Assembly (NCBI GenBank): GCA_964558645.1
Contig: CAZLEV010000023.1
Location: 1 to 32,234 of the forward strand
DNA: 32,234 nucleotides
Origin: an uncultured archaeon
GTDB lineage: Archaea > Asgardarchaeota > Thorarchaeia > Thorarchaeales > Thorarchaeaceae
Reading direction: 5' to 3'
How positions within the stretch are numbered: the stretch's first letter is position 1; every line of letters begins with the position of its first letter. The position numbers and the translations under genes are program-made. Below the pieces are notes generated by a model, which worked only from the letters and a program-made list of their open reading frames with translations, was not told where the DNA came from and did not search any database. Positions 17,843-27,967 of this stretch are shown in pieces.

Positions 17843-18538
17843 TCAGTTTGTTTTCAGGAAGAGGATTTCCACCAGAACGGAGAGGGCTGGTGGAATCAGT
17901 CCTGCCGTCAGAACTACGAAGGAGAAGACTCCCATCCCCATAGCAGCAAGAACAGTGACGACAGGTACTGTTGTCCACATGGCGGTATTCGCGAATCCAG
18001 ACTGCTGTCCGAGGACCGGGAACAAGGCTCTCCGTTGGGCCATCGACAGAGCAAAGAATCCCAGGATGAGCATCCCGATGCCCAGACCTAGGGACTGAAC
18101 ACTGCTGATCGCATTCAAATCTATGAGAACCGCTATATCTCCGAAAGGATGCAGCCCACCGATGACCAGATATCCTGCGGCATTCATCAGACACCAGAAT
18201 GCAAGCCAGACACAGGGCACAGTGAGCCAGCAGTCCGGTCTTCTTGCTAGTAGGTAGACCACTAGAACGAGAGTCAAGGCACCCGTGGCAATGATTCCGC
18301 CAGCATAGAGCCAGGCTCTCTGCCACACCTCCAACGAAGGAATTGCCCACTGTATGTGTGAGAGTTCATACGGCCACAGGACACTGATATACACAGATTT
18401 GATTCTTCCACCAAAGAGCATGACAAAGAGCCCATGGCCTATCACTTCATGTACGAACTCAGACACCAGTTTCATGAAGAATGCCGAGAGTAGGAAGAGC
18501 ACCACCAGACGCTCTCTGACACTTACCTTCTTCTGCAT
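17843..18538 (-). CDS. Multi-pass membrane protein, M50/M50B-like zinc metallopeptidase
   Basis: VHEVIGHG in TM1, AGG motif, later GD motif and ~6 TM segments. Confidence 0.7.
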   Translation of the reverse strand: MQKKVSVRERLVVLFLLSAFFMKLVSEFVHEVIGHGLFVMLFGGRIKSVYISVLWPYELSHIQWAIPSLEVWQRAWLYAGGIIATGALTLVLVVYLLARRPDCWLTVPCVWLAFWCLMNAAGYLVIGGLHPFGDIAVLIDLNAISSVQSLGLGIGMLILGFFALSMAQRRALFPVLGQQSGFANTAMWTTVPVVTVLAAMGMGVFSFVVLTAGLIPPALSVLVEILFLKTN

Positions 18539-18718
18539 CTTCAGCGTCCTCTTGATGGATACTGCATATGGTACTACCTATGATTGAATATCTATGCTGG
18601 TTTCTTAGCAATGATGACACCGTTGATCCAGTTTCATAATCCTCTAAAACGAGAACATGACAGCTGAGTGTTCTGCCGTCTGTCAAAGAGCATGTTGGGA
18701 CCAGCGAGTCGGAATATC

Positions 18719-19102
18719 TCATGAGCATTCGCTAGAAGTTCCTGGCATGAGACTGCCTGAGTGACATCTCTGCTGGGCCCATTTCATCATCGTGCAGATA
18801 TGTCTGTGCGTTTCCGTCCCTGCATTTGAAAGAGCATATTCTACCTGTGGTGGTGTTTCTGCGATAACATGCCGTTCGATGAGCCCAAGGTCTGTCAGGC
18901 TGGAGAGCCGCTTTGAGAGGGTCGCGTCACTGATTGCCTTTCCCTCTCCCTCTTTCAGTTTCTCACGAATGGCATGATATCTGGTATTGCCGCTGTTACC
19001 CAGCAGGAGAAGAAGCTGGACCGTCCATGGTCGTCCGAGTTGGTCGAAGAGGATCTTGAGTGGTTGAAGACACCGCTGTGTCGAATCTGTCCCTTCATTC
19101 AT
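18719..19102 (-). CDS. HxlR/DUF24 (MarR-type) winged-helix regulator
   Basis: LGRPWTVQLL, ISDATLSKRLSSL, GLIERHV and PPQVEYALS; start ATG 19102 with SD GGAG. Confidence 0.9.
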   Translation of the reverse strand: MNEGTDSTQRCLQPLKILFDQLGRPWTVQLLLLLGNSGNTRYHAIREKLKEGEGKAISDATLSKRLSSLTDLGLIERHVIAETPPQVEYALSNAGTETHRHICTMMKWAQQRCHSGSLMPGTSSECS

Positions 19103-19283
19103 TTCTCTTTGCTCCAGACACATAGTGACTGGTAGACACACCTGAGATTGAATATATGCGTCTTGGGGTCTGGGCGCTGTCTGCATCGCCCAACACTTGC
19201 ACTTCGCACCGGCGAAGCAACTACTTCTTTCTCTAGCGCGGACTTATATTACTACATCAACGCTTCGAAGCACGTGATAATCA

Positions 19284-19421
19284 ATGGGAAAATGTAAGTG
19301 CGGAAGCGCCGAGGGTCATCATGAGATGTCTGAGGCCGAACGACTCGATCATCTGAAAGAATGTCTTGATGGAGCGCTTGAGCGAATCAAGTGTGTACGG
19401 GAGGAGCTCGACAAGCTATAG
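19284..19421 (+). CDS. 45-aa small protein, CxC/HH N-terminus plus amphipathic coiled-coil (not in the ORF track)
   Basis: MGKCKCGSAEGHHEMSEAERLDHLKECLDGALERIKCVREELDKL; TATA-like TTATATTA at 19244-19251 upstream and oligo-T tract downstream. Confidence 0.7.
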   Translation: MGKCKCGSAEGHHEMSEAERLDHLKECLDGALERIKCVREELDKL

Positions 19422-19444
19422 GACGCCACTGAGCGTCCCTCCAA

Positions 19445-19458
19445 TCTTTCTTTTTCTT
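19445..19458 (+). terminator. Oligo-T archaeal terminator candidate
   Basis: tctttctttttctt 24 nt after the small ORF stop. Confidence 0.45.
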
Positions 19459-19492
19459 GCGAAACGGATTCTTCAATTCTTACGGTTTCATT

Positions 19493-20920
19493 TCAATCCA
19501 ACAGATCTCGAACATGGAAGATGCCCAGAATGTTTGTTCTATGCGGAATGTGACGTATTCCTGATGTGAAGACGACATCCATATCCGGGTCTACGAGGCC
19601 GGCCTTATGAACCGCCTGAACTGCTTCCTTCACCAAGTCGTCAACGCTGCCCACATCTTTCTCAAATCTGACCGGATGCACTCCCCAGAGTAATCTCAGA
19701 CGTCGCATGACCGTCGGGTCTCTCGAGACGGCAAAGATGTTTGCGGGTGGTCTGAATTTCGATATCCATCTTGCTGTGAATCCTGTTCTTGTAGCAGTAA
19801 CGATTCCATCCACCTTGTTCGGGAGTAATGATACTGTACTATATACAAGATTGCCGATGACCTCCACAATCATCTTCTGGGGAGATGTCAAATCAGCCGG
19901 GTCCACGCTAGTGATCCTCTTCTCTGCCTTCTTGATGATACGCTCCATCATCTGTACTGCTCCAACAGGGTCATGACCCATGGCAGTCTCTCCACTCAGC
20001 ATGACCGCATCTGCTCTGTCGAATATGGCATGCGCAACATCGCTGACCTCCGCCCGGGTAGGCAGACGTTCTGATGTCATGGACTCCAACATATGTGTTG
20101 CAACAATACTCGGCCGTCCCCACAGGTTTGCCTTGCGGATGAGGTCTCGCTGAAGTATCGGTACGTCCTCGATGGGCGCTTCGATTCCAAGGTCGCCTCG
20201 TGCAATCATGACACCGTGTGACTCCTTGAGAATTTCATCGTAGTTGACGATGGCAAGTGCGTGTTCTATCTTGCTGATGATATCCACATTCTTCGGCCCG
20301 TTCTCCTTGACTATGTCCTCCACCCGAATTACATCAGATGCATCGGTCACGAAAGAGAGCGCAATAAGATCGGGTTCTAGTTCCGCAGCAAGTTCGAGGT
20401 CCTCCAAGTCCTTCTCTGTTGGCAGACGACATGAGAGTTTGATACCCGGGATATTCACGCCCTTCCGGCTGGAGATTGGCCCGCCGTGTGTCACTCTTGC
20501 TCGTACCTCCTCTCCGTCGATGCTCATGACCTCAAGTCTGACTATCCCGTCGTTGATGGCGATGATGTCACCTGGATGGACGTCATGGGGAAGGTCTTCG
20601 TGTGACACTGAGATTCTGTCTTTCGTGCCAACAATCTCCTTTGTTGTGAGGACTATCTCCTCTCCATTCTCCAGTTCAACAGGTTCTCGCATCTCACCAA
20701 TCCGTATCTTTGGCCCCTGAATATCGAAGAGTATGGGAATCGTATCATCCACCGACCGAATCCGGTCGAACACCTCGCGTGCACTGCTATGGTTCTCGTG
20801 GGACAGGTTCAGCCGGGCCACATCCATACCTGCTTCCACCATTCCAGCCAAGGTCTCTCTGTCCTTAGAAGCCGGTCCAATCGTGCATACAATCTTCGAA
20901 CGGGTTCTCTCACTACTCAT
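19493..20920 (-). CDS. pyk: Pyruvate kinase
   Basis: SKIVCTIGPAS, ARLNLSH, DIQGPKIR, ISKIE, MIARGDLG, ATHMLESM, PTRAEVSDVA and DAVMLSGETA; ATG 20920 preferred (ORF open to 20983). Confidence 0.97.
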   Translation of the reverse strand: MSSERTRSKIVCTIGPASKDRETLAGMVEAGMDVARLNLSHENHSSAREVFDRIRSVDDTIPILFDIQGPKIRIGEMREPVELENGEEIVLTTKEIVGTKDRISVSHEDLPHDVHPGDIIAINDGIVRLEVMSIDGEEVRARVTHGGPISSRKGVNIPGIKLSCRLPTEKDLEDLELAAELEPDLIALSFVTDASDVIRVEDIVKENGPKNVDIISKIEHALAIVNYDEILKESHGVMIARGDLGIEAPIEDVPILQRDLIRKANLWGRPSIVATHMLESMTSERLPTRAEVSDVAHAIFDRADAVMLSGETAMGHDPVGAVQMMERIIKKAEKRITSVDPADLTSPQKMIVEVIGNLVYSTVSLLPNKVDGIVTATRTGFTARWISKFRPPANIFAVSRDPTVMRRLRLLWGVHPVRFEKDVGSVDDLVKEAVQAVHKAGLVDPDMDVVFTSGIRHIPHRTNILGIFHVRDLLD

Positions 20921-21114
20921 GATTCGTTCACACTCGTCGCTCATGAAATCCATTTTCAAGATGCATAATAGACCTTCTGTCATGATTCATATGCTCTACT
21001 CACCAGATACTCTACTCCAGAAATCGCGCTCGATGGAGGTATGAATTAGTATAAATCCCCTCTCCATCTTTCGTATAGAATGATTACTCACTACTTTGAG
21101 GAAGGCTAGAGACA

Positions 21115-22413
21115 ATGGTGAAGTACAAGACAATCAACGCGATGGAGATTCTGGACTCACGAGGTAATCCAACCCTCATGACGCGTGTGGTTCTCACAGA
21201 CGGGTCAGTCGGTGTTGCGAGAGTGCCAAGCGGTGCATCTACAGGCGCCAATGAGGCCCTTGAGCTGAGAGATGGTGACGATAGATACAGGGGGAAGGGA
21301 GTTTTACAGGCGATGCAGAATGTCAACAGCACTATTCTCCAAGGCTTGAAAAACACCAATCCCCTTGCGCAAGAGGTTGTTGACGCGAAACTGCTCGAAA
21401 TGGATCCCAGTGATAGAAAGGAGAATCTGGGCGCAAATGCTGTTCTATCTGTTTCTATGGCCTCTGCCGTTGCCGCCGCAAACCATCTGGGCATGCATCT
21501 TTTTGAGTATCTTCGTACCCAGGTCCTCCGCAAAGAGCCAAGGTATCTCCAGCCAGTTCCCATGTCCAATGTGATCAATGGGGGTGAGCACGCTGGAAAC
21601 GACCTTGCCATACAGGAGTTCATGGTCATGCCCGTTGGCGCTCCCACCATCAGAGAGGCTGTGCGCTGCATTGCAGAAGTCTATCACACTCTGGGAAAGA
21701 ACATGGTCACGAAGTACGGGCCTATGGCAAAACATGTGGGTGACGAGGGCGGCTTCTGTGGTTTCAGACTTGAGTCAACCACTGATGCACTTGATGAGAT
21801 CATGGAAGCAGCGAGTGAGGCTGGCTATGCCCCAGGGAGCGAGGTGATGCTTGCGGTTGATGCGGCAGCTAGCGAGTTCTACAGGGATGGAAAGTATCAC
21901 ATAGACAGGAAGCACCTCGACGCCGGAGACCTCCTAGAGTTCTATCTTGAGATCATTGACACCTACCCGATTGCCAGCATTGAAGATCCATTCGACGAGA
22001 CCGCCTTCGAGGATTTCGCGGCCCTCGTTGAGAAGACAGATATCCAGATAGTAACAGATGACCTGACGGTTTCAAGTCCCGACATCGTGAGAAAGGCAAT
22101 TGACATGAAGGCAGGACGAGGCCTTCTGCTGAAGGTCAATCAGATCGGCACGGTCACAGAGGCCATCGAGGCTTCCCAACTTGCCAATGATGCAGATTGG
22201 CCGGTCGTAGTCAGCCATCGAAGTGGTGAGACTTGTGACACGTTCATTGCAGACCTTGCCGTAGGGCTCTCAACAGGACAGATCAAGACCGGCGCTCCAG
22301 CACGGTCTGACAGGGTAGCCAAATACAACCGTCTGCTCAGAATCCACGAGATTCTTGAGGGACATGATGGTTATCCGGGTACGCAGTTCATGACAGCATG
22401 GAGGAATTTCTAG
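21115..22413 (+). CDS. eno: Enolase
   Basis: EILDSRGNPT, VPSGASTG, LGANA, QEFM, GDEGG, LLKVNQIG, VSHRSGET and IKTGAPARSDRVAKYN. Confidence 0.98.
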   Translation: MVKYKTINAMEILDSRGNPTLMTRVVLTDGSVGVARVPSGASTGANEALELRDGDDRYRGKGVLQAMQNVNSTILQGLKNTNPLAQEVVDAKLLEMDPSDRKENLGANAVLSVSMASAVAAANHLGMHLFEYLRTQVLRKEPRYLQPVPMSNVINGGEHAGNDLAIQEFMVMPVGAPTIREAVRCIAEVYHTLGKNMVTKYGPMAKHVGDEGGFCGFRLESTTDALDEIMEAASEAGYAPGSEVMLAVDAAASEFYRDGKYHIDRKHLDAGDLLEFYLEIIDTYPIASIEDPFDETAFEDFAALVEKTDIQIVTDDLTVSSPDIVRKAIDMKAGRGLLLKVNQIGTVTEAIEASQLANDADWPVVVSHRSGETCDTFIADLAVGLSTGQIKTGAPARSDRVAKYNRLLRIHEILEGHDGYPGTQFMTAWRNF

Positions 22414-22416
22414 AAT

Positions 22417-23658
22417 ATGACAGAAAAGCGGGCCACACTTCTCATCGTCTTGGACGGGGCGGGTGATCGTGGAATCAAAGAGCTGGAAGGGAAGACCGCA
22501 TTCGAAGCGGCCGAGACCCCACATCTTGACATGCTTGCTGATAAGGGGCAGACCGGTCTGATGAATGTCATCGGACACGGGCAGACACCGGGGAGCGATA
22601 CTGCGCATCTATCCCTCTTCGGGTACAATCCTGAGGAACACTATCCCGGACGCGGTCCGCTGGAGGCTCTAGGTGCCGGTCTTGACTCAAGGCCCGGCGA
22701 TGTTGCCTTCCGTTCAAACTTTGCAACGATCAATGAGGACTTCATCGTGCAAGACCGTCGGGCAGGTCGTGAGATCTCTCCTGAGGAGGGTTCAGCCCTA
22801 GGAGAGAGGATTGACGATATGAGAATTGAAGATGTCACCATCAGGTTCGTGCATACAGTGGAACATCGCGGTGCCATTGTCCTTCGAGGCCCTGAACTGT
22901 CTGCAGACATCACTGACATAGACCCCCACGAGACCGGAAAGAGAATCTTGACCTGCAACCCTCGTTCTATGGAGGCTGAGAAGACTGCGCGCATAGTCAA
23001 CGAGTTCGTCAAGAGGTCGCATGAGATCCTGAAGGATCTTGAAGCGAACAGGAAACGTATGGAACGGGATCTGCCGCCAGCTAACGTCATTCTGTTGCGG
23101 GGGGCGGGCAAGCATGAGGATGTCCCCACAATCAAGAAGCGGTACGGCATCAAGTCCGCCGTGATTGCAGGCGGAGCTCTCTACATAGGCACTGCCAAGT
23201 ATGTTGGAATGGACCACATCCCGGTGGAGGGGCAGACAGGCACAATCGAGACCAATTTCGATGGCATTGCTGAGAAGACCATTGAATGCATTAAGTCTGG
23301 GTATGACTATGTCTTTGTACACATCAAAGCACCAGACAATGCTGGCCATGATGGAAATGCCAGTGAGAAGGTACTAGCAATCGAGAAGAGCGATGCGATG
23401 ATTGGTAAGATTCTCGACGGAATCGGTGATAGAATCATAGTCTTAGTCACTGCGGACCACTGTACGCCTGTTTCAGTAAGTGAACACACTTGCGACCCCG
23501 TTCCTGTTGTACTGTATTCTGACTTCATCCGGCCAGATCGAGTGAAGAGATTCTCTGAGTTTGACATGGCCGATGGCGCTCTACACATGATCAGAGGGTT
23601 GGATGTCATGCCACTCCTCCTCGGCTATGCCGGCCACATCGAGAAGTACGGTGCCTGA
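22417..23658 (+). CDS. apgM: 2,3-bisphosphoglycerate-independent phosphoglycerate mutase (archaeal type)
   Basis: LDGAGD, PGSDTAHLSLFGY, GRGPLEALG, DRRAGR, HIKAPDNAGHDG, VTADHCTP and EH..DPVP. Confidence 0.97.
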   Translation: MTEKRATLLIVLDGAGDRGIKELEGKTAFEAAETPHLDMLADKGQTGLMNVIGHGQTPGSDTAHLSLFGYNPEEHYPGRGPLEALGAGLDSRPGDVAFRSNFATINEDFIVQDRRAGREISPEEGSALGERIDDMRIEDVTIRFVHTVEHRGAIVLRGPELSADITDIDPHETGKRILTCNPRSMEAEKTARIVNEFVKRSHEILKDLEANRKRMERDLPPANVILLRGAGKHEDVPTIKKRYGIKSAVIAGGALYIGTAKYVGMDHIPVEGQTGTIETNFDGIAEKTIECIKSGYDYVFVHIKAPDNAGHDGNASEKVLAIEKSDAMIGKILDGIGDRIIVLVTADHCTPVSVSEHTCDPVPVVLYSDFIRPDRVKRFSEFDMADGALHMIRGLDVMPLLLGYAGHIEKYGA

Positions 23659-23733
23659 TGGTCTAGAATGTTCTCTTCGACACTTCCAAAACGATATATT
23701 GATTCGCGTAGTAGTAAACTATCGTGAACAACA

Positions 23734-24477
23734 ATGACGCTTGAGAATAAAGTAGCAATCGTAACTGGCGCAGCTCAAGGCATAGGTCTAGGCATTGCCC
23801 TGGAGCTAGCTGAGAGAGGCGCACGAGTAGCCCTCAGCGATATCGCCGACGATGTTGCTGACAAGGCGAAGGATCTTGCTGAGAAAGGACATGAGGTCAT
23901 GTCTGTTATTGGTGATGTCAGTAACACAGAGCAGGTTGAAGATATGGTGCGTAAGGTAGTGGACCGCTGGGGTCAGGTCGACGTTCTTGTGAACAATGCC
24001 GGTGTCTATCCCTATAAGGCGTTGGATGAGATGAAGCGTGCCGATTGGGATCGAGTCATCGACATCAATCTGGACGGCACGTTCAACTTCACAAAAGCAG
24101 TGTTGCCTCATATGAAGAAGAATGGCGGCAGCATCGTCAACATCGCATCAATTGCAGGAACAACAGTAGGCTACCAGATGTTAGCGCACTATAGCGCCTC
24201 GAAGGCTGGTGTACTCGGCTTCACTAAGGCGGCCGCTCTCGAACTCGCCAAGCACAAGATACGTGTGAATGCGATTGCCCCTGGAGCAATTGAGACCCCA
24301 ACGGTTGAGAAGATCATGGATGACGCTACTCGTAAGCAGACCATCGAGTCAATTCCTTGGAAGAGGTTCGGGCGTCCAGATGATATCGGAAAAGCCACTG
24401 CATTTCTGGCGTCAGATGATTCAGACTACGTCACCGGTCAGCTTCTGATTGTGGACGGCGGTTTGACGGTCCAGTAA
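23734..24477 (+). CDS. Classical SDR oxidoreductase (FabG-like)
   Basis: TGAAQGIG, LVNNAG, YSASK, VNAIAPG and VDGG. Confidence 0.93.
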   Translation: MTLENKVAIVTGAAQGIGLGIALELAERGARVALSDIADDVADKAKDLAEKGHEVMSVIGDVSNTEQVEDMVRKVVDRWGQVDVLVNNAGVYPYKALDEMKRADWDRVIDINLDGTFNFTKAVLPHMKKNGGSIVNIASIAGTTVGYQMLAHYSASKAGVLGFTKAAALELAKHKIRVNAIAPGAIETPTVEKIMDDATRKQTIESIPWKRFGRPDDIGKATAFLASDDSDYVTGQLLIVDGGLTVQ

Positions 24478-24523
24478 TAGGATTCACGTGAGTCCTTGGC
24501 GATGCATCGGGTCAGTAGCAGGA

Positions 24524-25186
24524 TCAGCTGCCATTCCATGTTTCGATCTCGCCGTTGAGATATCCAATCATGATGCGGTTCTCAGCTCTCCGCAGTCGTT
24601 CCTGCATGGCCACTCTGCTGATGCCTATCTCAGATGCAAGGTCAGCGGCTGAAACATGTCGCGGGATTGAGTAGTAGCCGTTCTCGATGGCCAACACTAT
24701 CGCTTCTTTCTGCTTGGGAGTCAGCGTGATCCCCGTTAGGTCGGGTGGTCCCGCTCTGACTCTCAAGACTCTAACACTGGTGAACCGTTTCCTGAGCAGA
24801 TCTAGCAGCTGCCTGAGAACAGGTTTGGATGGAGCCAACACGCTATGTATCTGAGTACCAGAGTCTATGGAGATAGGCAGCAGTGTCATGCAGCCGCTCT
24901 CCAAAACAGTGTCGTATATTGACGGTCCGCTGATACGGTGTATAACGCGCGTCCAGTATGCGTCAGGAGAACTATGTGTCACCTCTACTAGTACGGTGCT
25001 GGATGACTCTCTGAGCCGGCGCACATATCTCTTGATATCCTCTTCTTCTCCTCTCATGGACTCAATGATTCCAAATCCAGTGTCACCATTGATAGTCATG
25101 ATACGGACACGGACCGGAGTCTCTTGAGTCAGCTGGCATGAGTAGTATTGCTCTGAACCAATCTCCATCAGGCAGTGTACCACCAT
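24524..25186 (-). CDS. Archaeal HTH-10 (bacterio-opsin activator-like) regulator
   Basis: C-terminal LTPKQKEAIVLAIENGYYSIPR...LASEIGIS...ERLRRAE; start ATG 25186 or GTG 25195. Confidence 0.9.
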   Translation of the reverse strand: MVVHCLMEIGSEQYYSCQLTQETPVRVRIMTINGDTGFGIIESMRGEEEDIKRYVRRLRESSSTVLVEVTHSSPDAYWTRVIHRISGPSIYDTVLESGCMTLLPISIDSGTQIHSVLAPSKPVLRQLLDLLRKRFTSVRVLRVRAGPPDLTGITLTPKQKEAIVLAIENGYYSIPRHVSAADLASEIGISRVAMQERLRRAENRIMIGYLNGEIETWNGS

Positions 25187-25256
25187 TATATACACCCGTC
25201 ACAGGACGGCATTAGTCCTATCCTTATAGAGGTGTTCTCTTGGATGGTGAAGAGCG

Positions 25257-26246
25257 ATGAAAAGTTCCGGAGTTGACAGTGCATCCACAGTAGATGTCAT
25301 GTCAGGTGAGAAGAGATCTCATGCTCTGGCCGTCGTACAGGCCTTCTTCGTCACCATCTTGTGGTCTTCATCATGGGTGATTATCAAGTTCGGCCTTGAG
25401 GAGATTCCACCACTCACCTTCGCTGGCCTGAGATACTTCATCGCGGCAGTCATACTGCTGGCAGCAATCGCAGTTCGACCGCAGTCGCGTCATGCAGTCA
25501 GATCGCTCAGTGCCAGTCAAGCGTGGCAGCTTGCTGGGTACGGGCTGGTGTACATAACCGTGACCATGGGCACTCAGTTCGTGGGTCTTACCCTTCTTCC
25601 TGCAATAACGGTCTCCCTTCTGCTAAACATGACCCCTCTTATCGTTCTGATACTGGGTGTCTTGTTGTTGAGAGAGGTGCCGACAGCTCGGCAGATAGGA
25701 TGGGTGCTCGTTGGCATCTGTGGAGTTCTGCTGTATTTCACACCCCTTGACTTTTCAGGCTTACAGGTCATCGGCCTGATTGTTGTTCTGGTTGGTGTCC
25801 TGTCCAATAGTTTTTCATCCATCATCGGTAGAGCAATCAATCGAGAACGACAGATACCCGTGCTTGTTGTCACAGCACTGAGCATGACGATTGGGTCTCT
25901 GGTGCTTCTAGTTCTGGGATATCTCTTTGAACCCTCTTCTTCGATAAGCGCCCTATCTTGGTTCTATGTAGTCTGGCTCAGCGTTGTCAACACTGCCCTT
26001 GCGTTCAATATCTGGCACCGTGCTATGCAGACCTTGCGTGCTGTCGATATGTCTATTATAAACGGGGCAATGCTACCTCAGATTGTGATACTGGCCGTCC
26101 TCTTCTTGGGCGAGATACCTGACATGTTGGACTGGGTCGGTCTGTTCCTGATTGGACTGAGCGCCTTTTTCGTGCAGTTACTTCAGGCAAGAAGAAAAGC
26201 ACTGAAACCCCCGCCGGCTCATGATACACCAGTTGACGAATCGTAG
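25257..26246 (+). CDS. DMT/EamA family transporter
   Basis: LWSSSWVIIKFGL..IPPLTFAGLRY, ten TM segments and LFLGE. Confidence 0.93.
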   Translation: MKSSGVDSASTVDVMSGEKRSHALAVVQAFFVTILWSSSWVIIKFGLEEIPPLTFAGLRYFIAAVILLAAIAVRPQSRHAVRSLSASQAWQLAGYGLVYITVTMGTQFVGLTLLPAITVSLLLNMTPLIVLILGVLLLREVPTARQIGWVLVGICGVLLYFTPLDFSGLQVIGLIVVLVGVLSNSFSSIIGRAINRERQIPVLVVTALSMTIGSLVLLVLGYLFEPSSSISALSWFYVVWLSVVNTALAFNIWHRAMQTLRAVDMSIINGAMLPQIVILAVLFLGEIPDMLDWVGLFLIGLSAFFVQLLQARRKALKPPPAHDTPVDES

Positions 26247-26298
26247 TTGGAAAGCCCGCGAGAGTCCTTCCTATCCGAGCATCTGCGACTCTTCTGCC

Positions 26299-27651
26299 TT
26301 ACTGGCCAGATCTCTTGATACCCGCCTTGCCAACCGCGCGATACTCGAAGCCTTTCGATTCAAGGACTTCTCGGTCAAAGACATTGCGACCGTCAATGAT
26401 GACGGGTGTTCTCATGACCTTCTTCAGTCTGTCAAAGTCCAACGATTCGTAGTCTTTGTGTTTAGTCACAAGCACCAGACAGTCTACTCCCTCAGCAGCC
26501 TTGTAGACATCCCTGAGTATCTCATGATTCGTGAACTCCCACTGGTGGACATACGGGTCATGAAGCCTGATTGTCGCACCCCTTGCCTGTAGCGAGCCAA
26601 TCAGTGGTACTGCGGGAGTATTCCGAGTATCATCTGAGTTCTCAAGATATGCGACTCCTAGGATGGTGATCTCTGCCTCCTGCATGCTCACCTTTCTGCT
26701 TGTCACTCCGTTCTCCACCAGGGTTGACATATGGATCGGCATGTGGTCATTGATTCGTCTGGATAATGAGATGAATTCAGGTTCAATCTTCCAGCTACCA
26801 TATTCATAGAGGCCATACCGAAGCAACCATGGGTCCTTGGGCAGGCAATGCCCGCCGACACCCGCACCGGGCATATGCATGTGCCTGTCATGGCGTGCGT
26901 TGATCAGTTCGATGATATGGTATACATTGACACCAAGGCTCTCGCATACTAACGCCATCTCATTTGCAAAGGCGATATTCACGTCTCGATAGGCGTTCTC
27001 AATGGTCTTGGCCAGCTCCGCACTCAACGTATCGGCAGTGTATATCTTCTCCTTGACGATCTTCGAGTAGAGCTCCACTGCCCGATTCGTACTCTCCGGA
27101 GTTATGCCTCCTACGACACGGGGCATATTGATGATATACTCGAGGAGTTTCCCTGGCATGACGCGCTCGTAAGAGAAGGCCAGGTCGAAATCTTTTCCAC
27201 CCTTCAACCCTGACTCCTTCTCCACTATCTTCAGGACCACATTCTGGGTTGTGCCGGGAGCAACCGTAGATTCTACAATGATCATTGCACCCTTCTTGAT
27301 TCGTTCACCCACGTTCTTGCTCACTTCTCGCAGAGAGACATACTGTGGCATATGCTGGGCATCTGTCGGCGTCTGAACGTCGATTAGGATGATATCGGCG
27401 TCCCTAAGGGTATCCACATCGTCTGTGACACTGAACGTGCCTTTCTCGACTACTTTGGCAATCAGTTCATCGAGTCCCGGCTCGTCACCCTCGAAGGGAG
27501 ACTTCCCAGAGTTCAGGACATCTATCTTCCATCCTGACCTTTTCGATCTTCGCTGAAGGCCCACAACTTCATTTCCCTTCACATCTGCAAGCAGGGCTGC
27601 TGCCGGTATTCCGACATAACCCATTCCTATCACAACAATCTTGGTTGCCAT
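26299..27651 (-). CDS. UDP-sugar/GDP-mannose dehydrogenase family (WecC-like)
   Basis: GMGYVG, ESTVAPGTT, AELAKTIENAYRDVNIAFANE, GVGGHCLPKD and IIDGRN. Confidence 0.95.
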   Translation of the reverse strand: MATKIVVIGMGYVGIPAAALLADVKGNEVVGLQRRSKRSGWKIDVLNSGKSPFEGDEPGLDELIAKVVEKGTFSVTDDVDTLRDADIILIDVQTPTDAQHMPQYVSLREVSKNVGERIKKGAMIIVESTVAPGTTQNVVLKIVEKESGLKGGKDFDLAFSYERVMPGKLLEYIINMPRVVGGITPESTNRAVELYSKIVKEKIYTADTLSAELAKTIENAYRDVNIAFANEMALVCESLGVNVYHIIELINARHDRHMHMPGAGVGGHCLPKDPWLLRYGLYEYGSWKIEPEFISLSRRINDHMPIHMSTLVENGVTSRKVSMQEAEITILGVAYLENSDDTRNTPAVPLIGSLQARGATIRLHDPYVHQWEFTNHEILRDVYKAAEGVDCLVLVTKHKDYESLDFDRLKKVMRTPVIIDGRNVFDREVLESKGFEYRAVGKAGIKRSGQ

Positions 27652-27967
27652 AACATAATCCTCTGCTGAATCACATTCACTCAGTTATACGGATGGGCGG
27701 AGAGGTTGCCCCTCAAAAAGCTTACCACAGAGTATATGTCGTACCTGCCTCTCAAGTCAAGTGTTAACAGGGATAGCAGCTGTAATCTCCAGGCAGATTA
27801 TACTTCTAAAAAGAGGTTGCAGCTCAAGTGAGAATTCAGAGCAACTCTTCATCTTGTCTGACAAGAGTGGTATTCTTGAGGACGACACCCCTCCTAGAGG
27901 CGTAGAAGACCATTTGTAGGGCTGAATCCACGAAGGAGGGACGATCCGTCATTCTTGGAGAGATATT

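Noticed and set aside
19366-19569. 67-aa ORF from the track
   Set aside because: It overlaps the pyk 3' end and the better-supported 45-aa ORF in another frame, and runs through the T-tract.
27736-27831. 31-codon intergenic ORF
   Set aside because: No SD, motif or compositional support.
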